64,000 bases of DNA from a bacterium. GTDB taxonomy: Bacteria; Patescibacteriota; Minisyncoccia; 2-02-FULL-40-12; IGHO2-12-FULL-4. How positions within the stretch are numbered: position 1 is the first letter of the stretch; every line of letters begins with the position of its first letter. The DNA is taken from assembly GCA_030647955.1 (NCBI GenBank), contig JAUSIQ010000004.1, positions 36,533 through 100,532 on the forward strand, written 5' to 3'. Both the position numbers and the translations under genes were made by a program. Below, piece by piece: positions 1 through 8,831 of this stretch. A model generated the notes under the pieces. The model searched no databases, was not told the DNA's origin, and saw nothing but the letters and a program-made list of their open reading frames with translations.

Positions 1-620
1 AATTTTTCTTACTGTGGCACCGAAGACGTGAGATCTTTCAGGATCAAACCTGTCATGCGGACCGTAAATATTCGAGTGTCTAATTACAGTATACTTAGTT
101 CGTCCGAGGCGAGAATAAAATTCGCAAAGTTTTTCGCAGTAGATCTTCATCCAGGCCCCGCCAAAATATTTCGGATAGAATGCTTCATTTAGATCCAGGT
201 CAGTTTCCTTCAGGGGCACCTCACTATTCGGATACATTACCGTACAGCTGGGAAAGATCACTTGTGGGACATGGTAATCGTGAGCGGCGCGGAAGATCCA
301 GTTATTCATAGCGATATTGTCGGTAATATGCACCGCGGGATTGTTTTCCACATCTTTAGCTCCAGAAGTATTGGCGGCCATTTGGACGATAATGTCCCAG
401 GGCCCATAATTTTTTATTAAGTTGCGGACCCTTTCTTCTCTGGTTAAATTACTAGCGTGGAAAAGGTGGGCATCAGCTAGTTGGTAGGGATCGAGGCGTC
501 CATACCGATTGGTTAGATAGGTTCCATGGACATCCAAATCTCCTCGTGTGGCAAGGAGTCGAAAAATATTATAACCTAGAAAACCGCTCGCTCCGCAGAC
601 CAGCACCCTTTTTTTCTTCA
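1..620 (-). CDS. GDP-L-fucose synthase-like (Fcl/ColC family) NAD(P)-dependent 3,5-epimerase/4-reductase; N-terminal part only, gene runs off the window start
   Basis: Reverse-strand translation from ATG at 620 gives MKKKRVLVCGASGFLGYNI...NIYGPHDRFDPERSHVFGATVRK. GxxGxxG Rossmann motif. Colinear with the Fcl motif NLYGPHDNFHPSNSHVIPAL. RBS AAAGGAG upstream. Confidence 0.6.
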
Positions 621-633
621 TGTGAGCTCCTTT

Positions 634-1458
634 CTAAAGAATCGAGCGGGTGATCCCGCCGTCCACGTCAATGCACTGGCCGGTAATAAATTGATTCAGG
701 GGCGAAGCTAAGAAGGCGACGATATTAGCCACATCTTCTGGCTGACCAATTTTACCCAAGGGGCTTTTTTTCTTCTCTTCGTCAAGCATTCTCTGTTCAG
801 CCTCGCTGGCGGTGACGCCATCTCTTTGGGCGCGGTCTAGGACATTTCTCTCCCAGCCGCCACTCTGAATAGTACTGGGACAAACGGTATTTACTAGAAT
901 ACCGTCTTTGGCCAAGACATTGGCCAAGTGTTTGCTGTAATTGAGCATGGCGGCCTTAGCGGCACTGTAGTGCGGGTTATAAAACCCGGGCTGGTGAGCG
1001 GGAACACTGCTGATGTTAACGATACGAGGGGCAGAGGATTTTTTTAAGAAAGGAAGGGCCATCTCGCAAAACCAAAGCATGCTGTAGAAATTAAGATTCA
1101 AGGAGCGCTCCCAATCCTCATCGGTTAAATCGGCGAAACTGCCGAATTTCTCCGCTCCACCCACGTTGTTGACTAAAATATCCAATTTTTTTACCAAGGG
1201 ATAGTCCGCCAACAGTGAGTGGGATGATAAAAATAATTTTTCGATGCTATTCCTATTGGTGACTTCTACAATGCCAATGTTAACGAGGCCTCCTCTTAGA
1301 GAAACTAATTCTTCTTGAGTGGTCCTCAATTTTTTGATATCTCTTCCACAGATAAGCACCGAAGCGCCTTCCGCGACGAATGCTGAGGCAATGGCTTTGC
1401 CGAGTCCGGAACTGCTTCCCGTGACTAAGGTCAGGCGACTCTTTAGTTTTAAATCCAC
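634..1458 (-). CDS. SDR-family short-chain dehydrogenase/reductase
   Basis: TGSSSGLGKAIA cofactor motif and catalytic YSAAKAA (YxxxK). GTG start with AAGGAG RBS. Promoter and terminator lie in 1459-1560. Confidence 0.8.
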   Translation of the reverse strand: MDLKLKSRLTLVTGSSSGLGKAIASAFVAEGASVLICGRDIKKLRTTQEELVSLRGGLVNIGIVEVTNRNSIEKLFLSSHSLLADYPLVKKLDILVNNVGGAEKFGSFADLTDEDWERSLNLNFYSMLWFCEMALPFLKKSSAPRIVNISSVPAHQPGFYNPHYSAAKAAMLNYSKHLANVLAKDGILVNTVCPSTIQSGGWERNVLDRAQRDGVTASEAEQRMLDEEKKKSPLGKIGQPEDVANIVAFLASPLNQFITGQCIDVDGGITRSIL

Positions 1459-1560
1459 GGTTTCTCCTTATTTTTAAAAAACAGTATTGATAATTTATAA
1501 CATATAAGTCGATTCGTCAATTCTTACGTAATTAAAAAAGGTGCGCGGGGCACCTTGGGG

Positions 1561-2154
1561 TTATTTGGTTGGAAGCTTGGTGGGATCAATGTCGCGGACC
1601 TGGAGAATAAAATTAACGAAATCACGAACGGCTCCGTGACCACCCTCGCGTTCGGAAATAAACAGGGCGTTATCTTTAGCCACTCTTTCGGCTTGGGCGG
1701 GAGCGGCGGGCAAGATCACTTTTTTAAGTAAGGGAAGGTCCACTAGATCGTCACCCATAGCGGCACATTGTTTCCATGTGAGGCCGTGGCTTTGTAACCA
1801 GACGTCAACCGCTTCGACTTTCCCTTCGCCATGCCGGCCGCTGAATAAGCTAATCAGTGACCATCCTTGAGGATTTTCCGGTCTCCATGACGATGGTAAA
1901 TTATTCCATTTTTCTACGGCTTGCCTAATAGGTTCGGCGGATTCATCGGCATCGGCAGTGACAAAACATACTCTTAAGCCGATCGCTCGCAGGAGAGATA
2001 TTCCTTGGCCGTCATAATAACTGCGAATTTTAACTTTGTAAGGAAGACCGTCCCAGACGCGGTTATCGGTCATCACACCATCCACATCAAATGCCACGGC
2101 TTTTATGATTCGGGCATAGGTCATGGCATACGGCTTAATGATCTGCATTATCAA
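1561..2154 (-). CDS. HAD-IIIA phosphatase, KdsC family (3-deoxy-ulosonate-phosphate phosphatase-like)
   Basis: AFDVDGVMTDN motif I (DxDGV). Size about 190 aa, typical of KdsC/Kdn-9-P phosphatases. Confidence 0.7.
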   Translation of the reverse strand: MIMQIIKPYAMTYARIIKAVAFDVDGVMTDNRVWDGLPYKVKIRSYYDGQGISLLRAIGLRVCFVTADADESAEPIRQAVEKWNNLPSSWRPENPQGWSLISLFSGRHGEGKVEAVDVWLQSHGLTWKQCAAMGDDLVDLPLLKKVILPAAPAQAERVAKDNALFISEREGGHGAVRDFVNFILQVRDIDPTKLPTK

Positions 2155-2220
2155 CCCCTTTTTAATAAACTGCTCCGATTTTAGAATAAGGTTCTATGAT
2201 TATCAATAGACGTTTTTATC

Positions 2221-3156
2221 TTATGCGTTTGAAAACTGATTTTGGCGGATGATCTGGTAACCCTTAATTAATTCGGCGATTCCGTCCTGGATAGAAAAGA
2301 TGGGTTTAAATCCAGTGGCCTCAATCTTGGCATTGCTGACAATGTAGTCGCGTTTATCGGGGTCTTCTCCGATTTCTGCGTTAATGAAGTAAAAATTAGG
2401 CAGTTGCTCTTTGATTTTCAAGCAGAGCTCTTCCTTACTCAAATTAGCGTTGCTTAAACCCACGTTGTAGGTTTGATGATTCATGGCTTCGAAATTATCC
2501 ATGCAGTGCAGGAAAGCCCTGACGACATCTCGGATATGAATAAAGTTTCGTTTTCGATGAGCCTCGAATAGAACAATAAAATTGTCTTTAACAGCTCGAT
2601 GCACGAAGTCATTGACCAGGAGGTCTAAGCGCATTCTGGGGCTGATGCCGAAAACTGTAGCTAAGCGCAGGGTTATTGCTCGAGGATGAGTTAGTGCCTT
2701 CTTTTCAGCTTCTATTTTAAGCCGTGCATAGAGAGAGACCGGATGTAGGGGGCTTTCTTCTGTACAGTAGCTAGTGCCTTGGCCGCTGCCATATCCGCTA
2801 TTAGTGGTGGGGTAAATTATTCTTTGATCATCGTGCAGCATAAAGATAAGGTCGTCCATCGACTCCTTAATCAGGGAACGAGCTGTCCAAGGATCACGAT
2901 CACAAAGAGGTGCGCCTACTAAGCAAGCCAGGGGGAAAATATATTCAACGTCTTTAGTATGCTGGCGAACTAGAGCGGTGTCTCGGGCATCTCCTTGCAC
3001 TATGGTCAAATTCTTATCATGGCAGCAGTCCAGTAGAGAGGTTTGATGGAACATAAAGTTATCGATTACGGTCACTGCATGCCCGTGTCTCAAAAGCTCA
3101 GGAACTAAGATAGAGCCGATATACCCGGCTCCACCCGTAACAAGGATTTTAGCCAT
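2221..3156 (-). CDS. NAD-dependent epimerase/dehydratase (extended SDR) acting on an NDP-sugar
   Basis: MAKILVTGGAGYIGS Rossmann N-terminus. The start is placed at the internal ATG (3156), which overlaps the upstream stop as ATGA/TAATG and has a GGAGG RBS. Confidence 0.75.
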   Translation of the reverse strand: MAKILVTGGAGYIGSILVPELLRHGHAVTVIDNFMFHQTSLLDCCHDKNLTIVQGDARDTALVRQHTKDVEYIFPLACLVGAPLCDRDPWTARSLIKESMDDLIFMLHDDQRIIYPTTNSGYGSGQGTSYCTEESPLHPVSLYARLKIEAEKKALTHPRAITLRLATVFGISPRMRLDLLVNDFVHRAVKDNFIVLFEAHRKRNFIHIRDVVRAFLHCMDNFEAMNHQTYNVGLSNANLSKEELCLKIKEQLPNFYFINAEIGEDPDKRDYIVSNAKIEATGFKPIFSIQDGIAELIKGYQIIRQNQFSNA

Positions 3157-3666
3157 TATGCTCCTCCGTCTCTGGGTGAAAGAATGGGATTGGTCACTGG
3201 CCAATGAATGTTAAAGCGGGGATCATTCCAGCGGATGCTTATCTGATTTTCCTGGCCGTCATAATATTCCGACCAGTTATAGTGAAAGATAGCCCGGTCG
3301 CTTAATACGGCATGACCGTTTAGGAAGAGAGGGGGAACTAAAACCTGGTAACCGTTGCGTTCCGATAACAGCCAGCCCCACCATTGGCCAAATTGAGGAG
3401 AGTGGGGGTCGTAATTCAACACCACGAGGTAAACCACCCCCTCCAAGCAGGAGATTAGTTTCCAGGTTTTATCATCACCGTGCATTCCTCGCAGAGTGTC
3501 TTTGACTGAACAAGAGAGGCTTTGCAGGACGAAATCGGTTTCTATTCCCGCTGCCTTGTAATCTCTGACATTGTAAACTTCCGTGTTGAAGCCACGCCGA
3601 TCCTTAAAGCGCTCCGTCTCGATCAGCAAAACTTTTTCCAGAGGAGTGGGCTTAACTTTAATCATG
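3156..3666 (-). CDS. dTDP-4-dehydrorhamnose 3,5-epimerase-like cupin (RmlC family) NDP-sugar epimerase
   Basis: MIKVKPTPLEKVLLIETERFKDRRGF... has the RmlC cupin signature. ATG at 3666 with an AAGGAG RBS, 5 nt after the ColD-like stop. Confidence 0.7.
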
Positions 3667-4848
3667 GCGTTTCTCCTTGTTGTTAAATACGATCTCACAA
3701 ATGAACTCGATATCTTCTTTTTCTAAGCTGGGATTATTCGGTAAGAATAAACCACGGTAATGGATGCTGTCGGCGACGAGGCCGCCGAAAACAGGGTAGC
3801 CACCAAACTCGTACCAAAACGGGTGGCGTCCCAAATTGCCGGCTGAAAACATCCGTGTTTCCACGCCGTTCTCTCGCAATGCTGAAACAATTTTGTAACG
3901 CTCTTCATTGCTCTTGGCCAACATCCCAAAATGAATACTGCAAATCACCGAGCTGGGCTCATATTGCTGGTAAACAAAGTGATCACCGAGCCTAGCGCGA
4001 TAAAGCTGGTGATTCTCAAAGCGGCGCTTAATCAACCAATCCATCTTGTCTAGTTGGCGTAATCCGAGAAAGGCATTCAAGTCCGTCGAACGGACATTAA
4101 ATCCAGGGTAATAAAAAACAAAGGGACTGTGAAAATCGTCTACTTTATATTTTCGGACTAAAGACTGATGAGCTTCCGGACTAAGATCTTTGCTCCAGCC
4201 GTGACCGCGCAGCATTAGTAAAAGATCGCGGAAGCGAGGATCATTAGTGGAAACCATTCCTCCCTCAATGGTCGAAATCTGATGGCCAAAGTAAAAGGAG
4301 AAACTCGACATGTTTCCAAAACTGCCTACTTTCTGTCCGCGCCAGCTGGAACCCATCGCCGCACAAGCATCTTCTAAAAGAATAAAATTATATTTTTCGC
4401 GCAGGGCGAAAATTTCCGCCATCTTATTGGGTACGCCGAGAACTTGCACCATTATAACGGTGCTAGGATTATGCTCTTTGAGTAAGTGCTCCAGGTGATT
4501 GAGATCGAGTCCGAAGGTATCCGGATCGGCTTCACACATGATCGGCTCGAAACCGAACTGCATGGCCGGGGCAATAGTGGTGACCCAACCCACGCTCGGA
4601 ACGATCACTTTTTTATTCTTGAGTTGTCCGCTTAATAGCAGGGTGTAGTACATTAAGAGATTAGCGGAAGAGCCGGAGTTGCAAAACACTGAGTAGTTTT
4701 TCCCTACCCAGCGGCTCCATTTTTCTTCGAATTCAGTAGTCAGCTTTCCTTTGGTGAGACGAGGACCGGATAAAATCCATTCGGCCAGAGCCTTCTCGTC
4801 TTCGTGATCAATGGTATCTTCTGCGAGAAAGTATTCGATAGGTAGCAC
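3658..4848 (-). CDS. PLP/PMP-dependent NDP-4-keto-6-deoxyhexose 3-dehydratase (ColD/E1-like, DegT family)
   Basis: ILLEDACAAMGSSWRGQKVGSFGNMSSFSFYFGHQISTIEGGMV is nearly colinear with ColD ILLEDNCESMGATF...SFYSHHIATMEGG. The active-site residue is His rather than Lys, which is the hallmark of 3-dehydratases. Confidence 0.8.
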   Translation of the reverse strand: MLPIEYFLAEDTIDHEDEKALAEWILSGPRLTKGKLTTEFEEKWSRWVGKNYSVFCNSGSSANLLMYYTLLLSGQLKNKKVIVPSVGWVTTIAPAMQFGFEPIMCEADPDTFGLDLNHLEHLLKEHNPSTVIMVQVLGVPNKMAEIFALREKYNFILLEDACAAMGSSWRGQKVGSFGNMSSFSFYFGHQISTIEGGMVSTNDPRFRDLLLMLRGHGWSKDLSPEAHQSLVRKYKVDDFHSPFVFYYPGFNVRSTDLNAFLGLRQLDKMDWLIKRRFENHQLYRARLGDHFVYQQYEPSSVICSIHFGMLAKSNEERYKIVSALRENGVETRMFSAGNLGRHPFWYEFGGYPVFGGLVADSIHYRGLFLPNNPSLEKEDIEFICEIVFNNKEKRHD

Positions 4849-4963
4849 GATAGCTCCTTATTTTTAAAGGTCGATTGGTTTTATAGTAGTATAATAGGTT
4901 GGATCGTCAACCCGCCTAAATTTTTAAAAATAAAAACTTAGGCGGGTCAATATTGACGTAAAT

Positions 4964-5629
4964 TTAATTAGGTGGGATGAGATTCTTTTCTAAACTTTTA
5001 AAATTTTGGATGATTTTGTTTGGCTTAGATTTAGAGAGAGTGTTTTTAGAGTGAAATCCCCAGGTGACAGCGATAGTTTTGAGGTCGACTTTTTGAGCGA
5101 CAAGGATGTCACCGACCGTGTCGGTGATCATGACGGTTTGTTGCGGTTGGGCCCCAGCTTTTTTTATGATAGCTCGCAGGGCCTCTTCTTTAGAATGGCC
5201 CTGGCTGCCGGAGACGAAAAAGAAGTATTTTTCTAAGCGATGCTTTTTTAAAACTTGCATGATTAATTCGCGCGGAGTGGAGGAGGCGATGGCCAGGGGA
5301 TAATGCTTGGATAACTTTTTAACGAGAGAAATAGCAAAAGGGAAAAGTCTGGGATTGGCGTAAGCTTCATCCAGTCCGGCTTGGCGATATTTTTGAAAAT
5401 TCTTGTACTGCTGATCATCTTTGGTGAAAGATCGAAAACTGGCGTGAACGTTGCCATTAAAAAAATCTCGATAAATTATTTTGGTTAACTTTAGACCAAC
5501 GCGAGCAAGAGCTTCTTTGTTAAGTTTAAAGAAGAGGTCAAAAGAATCTACTAAAACACCATCGAAATCAAAAATGATTAGCGATAGAGAGGATTTGGAG
5601 TTGGTTGAAGTTGTAATCGGCATAACCAT
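4964..5629 (-). CDS. HAD-family hydrolase (phosphatase / beta-phosphoglucomutase-like)
   Basis: IIFDFDGVLVDS motif I. The start is uncertain. The ORF overlaps the upstream cupin gene by about 60 nt. Confidence 0.6.
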   Translation of the reverse strand: MVMPITTSTNSKSSLSLIIFDFDGVLVDSFDLFFKLNKEALARVGLKLTKIIYRDFFNGNVHASFRSFTKDDQQYKNFQKYRQAGLDEAYANPRLFPFAISLVKKLSKHYPLAIASSTPRELIMQVLKKHRLEKYFFFVSGSQGHSKEEALRAIIKKAGAQPQQTVMITDTVGDILVAQKVDLKTIAVTWGFHSKNTLSKSKPNKIIQNFKSLEKNLIPPN

Positions 5630-6314
5630 TACTAGTTAATTCTTCTAGGCTCACAATATCAGAAGGTCCCCAGAGTTGTTCGTCATTTCGAGACAGAACT
5701 TGTCCGTTCATGATGGCTAATAAAGTTCGGGGTCCGTGCTGAAGATTGCGAAGTTCGGCGGAATGATTAAGAGAGTGTAAGCAGAGACGAGATTGCCCTA
5801 AGTTTTTATGAATATTATGCTCGGAAGAATGAAAGCGGGTATGAGTGGCCAAGATTTGAAAGGCTTTGTCGGCACCCTCATAGCCTTCGTTGACTCTGCC
5901 ATATTTATCTTCGAGGCGAATAAGATCGTGTTTCATGGGCGGGGTTTCAAATTCCAAGACCCGCACTCCGGTCTTGGAAAGGCCTTGAGTGGAATGAAAG
6001 ACACCGGGTTCGATCATCACAGCATCGAGAGCGGAAAGTTCCATGGATTCGTTTAAAGAAGAAAAGAGAGCGTTGCCTTCTAAAACCACCAGAGCCGTCT
6101 TTTTGCGAGGATGGCAGTGCATGGAGGTCGCTTTGTTGTGACCGATGAAAAGACTCCAGGTTTCCACTTGCGGAGTGCTGATCATGAGATACTCATTTCC
6201 CCAGGGTTTATTGACGGCTAATGTGGAGAAATCAACACTGGCCGTGTGGGCAATAGGCGAGCGTAGCTCGAGATATTTTTTATCCAGTAAAGATTGGGTA
6301 AGCTTCTTGATCAT
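5568..6314 (-). CDS. Cupin-type sugar-phosphate isomerase (mannose-6-phosphate isomerase type II C-terminal-domain-like)
   Basis: KPWGNEYLMIS...HCHPRKKTALVVLEGNA cupin motifs. Confidence 0.55.
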   Translation of the reverse strand: MIKKLTQSLLDKKYLELRSPIAHTASVDFSTLAVNKPWGNEYLMISTPQVETWSLFIGHNKATSMHCHPRKKTALVVLEGNALFSSLNESMELSALDAVMIEPGVFHSTQGLSKTGVRVLEFETPPMKHDLIRLEDKYGRVNEGYEGADKAFQILATHTRFHSSEHNIHKNLGQSRLCLHSLNHSAELRNLQHGPRTLLAIMNGQVLSRNDEQLWGPSDIVSLEELTSNGYADYNFNQLQILSIANHF

Positions 6315-6361
6315 TAAAAATAAATCACAAATTCAAAGCACCAATTTTGGATTTGGAATTT

Positions 6362-6901
6362 TTAGAACTTAGCTAAAATCGCTTTCATTAAATCAGTTAC
6401 ATCGCGGGGGTGGCGCGCGGTGATAATATTTCCATCTATGACTGCCGGCTCATCTACATAGTGCGCCCCGGCGTTTTTTAGATCATCGACGATACCGGCA
6501 TAACAAGTTGCCTTTTTACCCTTCAAGATACCGGCAGAAATTAGCACCCAGGGACCATGACAAAAAGCGGAGACAACCTTTTTTTGCTTATGCATCTCGC
6601 GAATGAAATCTAGAACCGGTTTTTGCTGGCGCACGCGATCAGGAGCCTCAAATCCTCCCGGCACTAAAACCAGGTCATAATTTTTAGCCTTCAATTTGAG
6701 CGAGTCCACTAATTTCCCGTAATAGCGAACAATTAGTTCTAAGGGAAAATTTAATCGGCCCAAAACCGGCTTGGCATCTTTAGTGGCAATATCTACTTCA
6801 AATCCGGCTTCCTTGAGGCGAATGACCGGATAGATTACTTCTTCGTCTTCGTATCCCTCCGCGGTAATGATCACTGCTCTTTTGAGTTGCTTTTTAGACA
6901 T
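6362..6901 (-). CDS. DJ-1/PfpI family protein
   Basis: VLVPGGFEAPD and nucleophile-elbow AFCHGPWVLISAG. Confidence 0.75.
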   Translation of the reverse strand: MSKKQLKRAVIITAEGYEDEEVIYPVIRLKEAGFEVDIATKDAKPVLGRLNFPLELIVRYYGKLVDSLKLKAKNYDLVLVPGGFEAPDRVRQQKPVLDFIREMHKQKKVVSAFCHGPWVLISAGILKGKKATCYAGIVDDLKNAGAHYVDEPAVIDGNIITARHPRDVTDLMKAILAKF

Positions 6902-6924
6902 AGTGGCAATTTAACACGTTTAAA

Positions 6925-6951
6925 TTCTGTTGTGAAGTAAAAACCCGCGGG
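6925..6951 (-). terminator. Rho-independent terminator after the transketolase C-subunit
   Basis: Minus strand reads CAAACCCGCTAACCCGCGGGTTTTTAC. It is a GC hairpin followed by a T-run. Confidence 0.5.
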
Positions 6952-7857
6952 TTAGCGGGTTTGTTGAACTAGTTTTCTAACGTATTCGCAAATCTTTTGA
7001 GGAGTTGGCGGAAGATTGTCGAGATGTGGAGCAAATCCGGCGGATCGCTCTTCTAGAGCCAATACTCGCACATTCTTATCGCTTTGCTGCATAATGTCAT
7101 AGGCGAGACACTTGGCTACCCCGTTTTCAAAGTCTCCATCGAGGACTAGTCCGCCATGTCGCGATCCGGATAAAGCGGATAAAATAGTCTCCGAGACAAA
7201 AAAGGGTTTGAGCCAAAGCAAGTGCACAATATTACAAACAATTCCTTCACTCTCCAAAGTAGCGGCAGCTTCTAGGGCATTAAGGCGAGTCGAAGAGATA
7301 GGGTATAGAGTGATATCCGCTTGAGGATGGATGCGATTAGGCATCTCATAATCAATGGAAAAACTGCGGCGATGTTCGCTGGCACAATACGGAGTGTCGT
7401 CTTCCATGAAGCGATCCCACCCCCGTTGGTATTCCCCTGGAGTCATCGGCGCAAATACTTTAATTCCAGGCATGCGGGTGAAAATGCTGTGGTGACTCCC
7501 CGAAGCTACGGGGCCAATACCTCCATCCATGCCGATGGACCGAATGAATATCGGGCATGAAACATCCCATATATTATTCGATTTTGCGGCGTAACTCAAA
7601 GGAATTATACTATTAAACTGTTGGAAGCCTTGGTAGCGGACAATATAGATTGGACGACGACCGGCCAGAGCTAGACCAACAGCGAAACCTCCGGCGGCAA
7701 CATCGGCCATCGATAATTCGATCAGGCCTTCTTCTTCGGTCATATCCGGAACAGTTCCTCCTACCCACCCTACGGCGGTTAGGCACTGTCCTAGGGCGAC
7801 TCCGTCATTCTTAAGATGATTTCTAGTGAGCTCTTTGATTTTTTCGGCGACAGTCAT
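6952..7857 (-). CDS. Transketolase-family C-terminal subunit (pyrimidine-binding and C-terminal domains)
   Basis: Split-transketolase arrangement. ATG at 7857 overlaps the N-subunit TGA stop as ATGA. Confidence 0.75.
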   Translation of the reverse strand: MTVAEKIKELTRNHLKNDGVALGQCLTAVGWVGGTVPDMTEEEGLIELSMADVAAGGFAVGLALAGRRPIYIVRYQGFQQFNSIIPLSYAAKSNNIWDVSCPIFIRSIGMDGGIGPVASGSHHSIFTRMPGIKVFAPMTPGEYQRGWDRFMEDDTPYCASEHRRSFSIDYEMPNRIHPQADITLYPISSTRLNALEAAATLESEGIVCNIVHLLWLKPFFVSETILSALSGSRHGGLVLDGDFENGVAKCLAYDIMQQSDKNVRVLALEERSAGFAPHLDNLPPTPQKICEYVRKLVQQTR

Positions 7858-8747
7858 GGTTGCTCTCCTGGCAGTTTTTGTGCCCATAACAAACTTATCT
7901 TGTCTTGAGTTTCGATCTCAATATCCTCAGCTTCTCTTTGTAGTCCCAGTCGAGCTACTTCTTCTTTGATAAGAGAGAAACGGTCCCACTCTGGAGGGCC
8001 ATCGCATCCGGTTCCGGCATGCCAGACTGCTCGAGCAGTATGAATGTTCATAAAAGCAGGGAGTTCTTGGCTTAAAATTCTGGTCTGGTGCATGATGAGC
8101 CAAGGATCGTCGGTAATTTCTACGGCACGAAGTTTGAAAGCGCTGGCTACTTCGGCCATATGCCAATTACGACGAACTTTTTTTTCGGTCAGGATGGATA
8201 AATTGTTATCGGCACAGACAAATAAGACGGGAGCTTTCTTTGTGGAAGCCAATCCCAAGGCGGCGAGTACATAATCTTCTTCGGCACTAGCATCGCCCAT
8301 TACTGCTAAAGTTCTTTGGCCGGCGCCAAAAGCATAACCTATCGCAATAGGAACCTGGGTTCCCATGAAGCCGTCATGCCCGAACATTTTAATGGCGGGG
8401 CTATGAATAGAAGCCGAACCACCCATGCCGCTGGTACAGCCTGTAGGGCGGTGAAGTAATTCGTCTCGCAGAGCGGTAGGATCGCCGCCGTATGCTAAAT
8501 AAAGATCATGACAGCGGTGCTGACCAAAAATGGCCGGGTTAGGAAAGGCGACCGCTAAGGCCGAAGAAATAGATTCTTGGCCAAGAGAGAGATAGATAGG
8601 GCATTTGATTAGTTTCTTTTCCGCTGCTTCCTTAACTTTGAATTCAAAAAATCTCGAGAAGCAAACTTTACTGAACATCGCCAGGGTATCCTCCCGACTG
8701 CATTTAGCAGTCAAACCCGGAAGTAGTCCGTAGTCTTTGGAGCGCAT
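7854..8747 (-). CDS. Transketolase-family N-terminal subunit (TPP-binding)
   Basis: TPP-binding GDASAEED and HDGFMG motifs. 297 aa. Confidence 0.75.
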   Translation of the reverse strand: MRSKDYGLLPGLTAKCSREDTLAMFSKVCFSRFFEFKVKEAAEKKLIKCPIYLSLGQESISSALAVAFPNPAIFGQHRCHDLYLAYGGDPTALRDELLHRPTGCTSGMGGSASIHSPAIKMFGHDGFMGTQVPIAIGYAFGAGQRTLAVMGDASAEEDYVLAALGLASTKKAPVLFVCADNNLSILTEKKVRRNWHMAEVASAFKLRAVEITDDPWLIMHQTRILSQELPAFMNIHTARAVWHAGTGCDGPPEWDRFSLIKEEVARLGLQREAEDIEIETQDKISLLWAQKLPGEQP

Positions 8748-8831
8748 TAGTCCCCCTAATTTTTAAATAGCTTTGTTCCTAGAGTAATGAATGATTTGAC
8801 TAGTGTCAACAAGACATTATGTTGTTCGAGA

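Noticed and set aside
3723-3929. Numerous 60-110-aa ORFs in the track that lie antisense to or inside large genes (for example 3723-3929, 5006-5303, 7112-7560, 9751-10529, 12437-13040, 14563-15230, 21290-21665, 33721-34136, 43411-43632, 51176-51770, 62864-63112)
   Set aside because: They have no RBS or promoter and overlap well-supported genes. Several have biased composition mirroring the opposite-strand codons. They are treated as spurious.
5568-5629. 62-nt overlap between the cupin isomerase and the HAD hydrolase genes as evidence of a frameshift or pseudogene
   Set aside because: Both ORFs have intact motifs. No in-frame alternative start codon (ATG, GTG or TTG) lies downstream of the overlap. 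I treat it as a genuine overlap or uncertain start, not a pseudogene.
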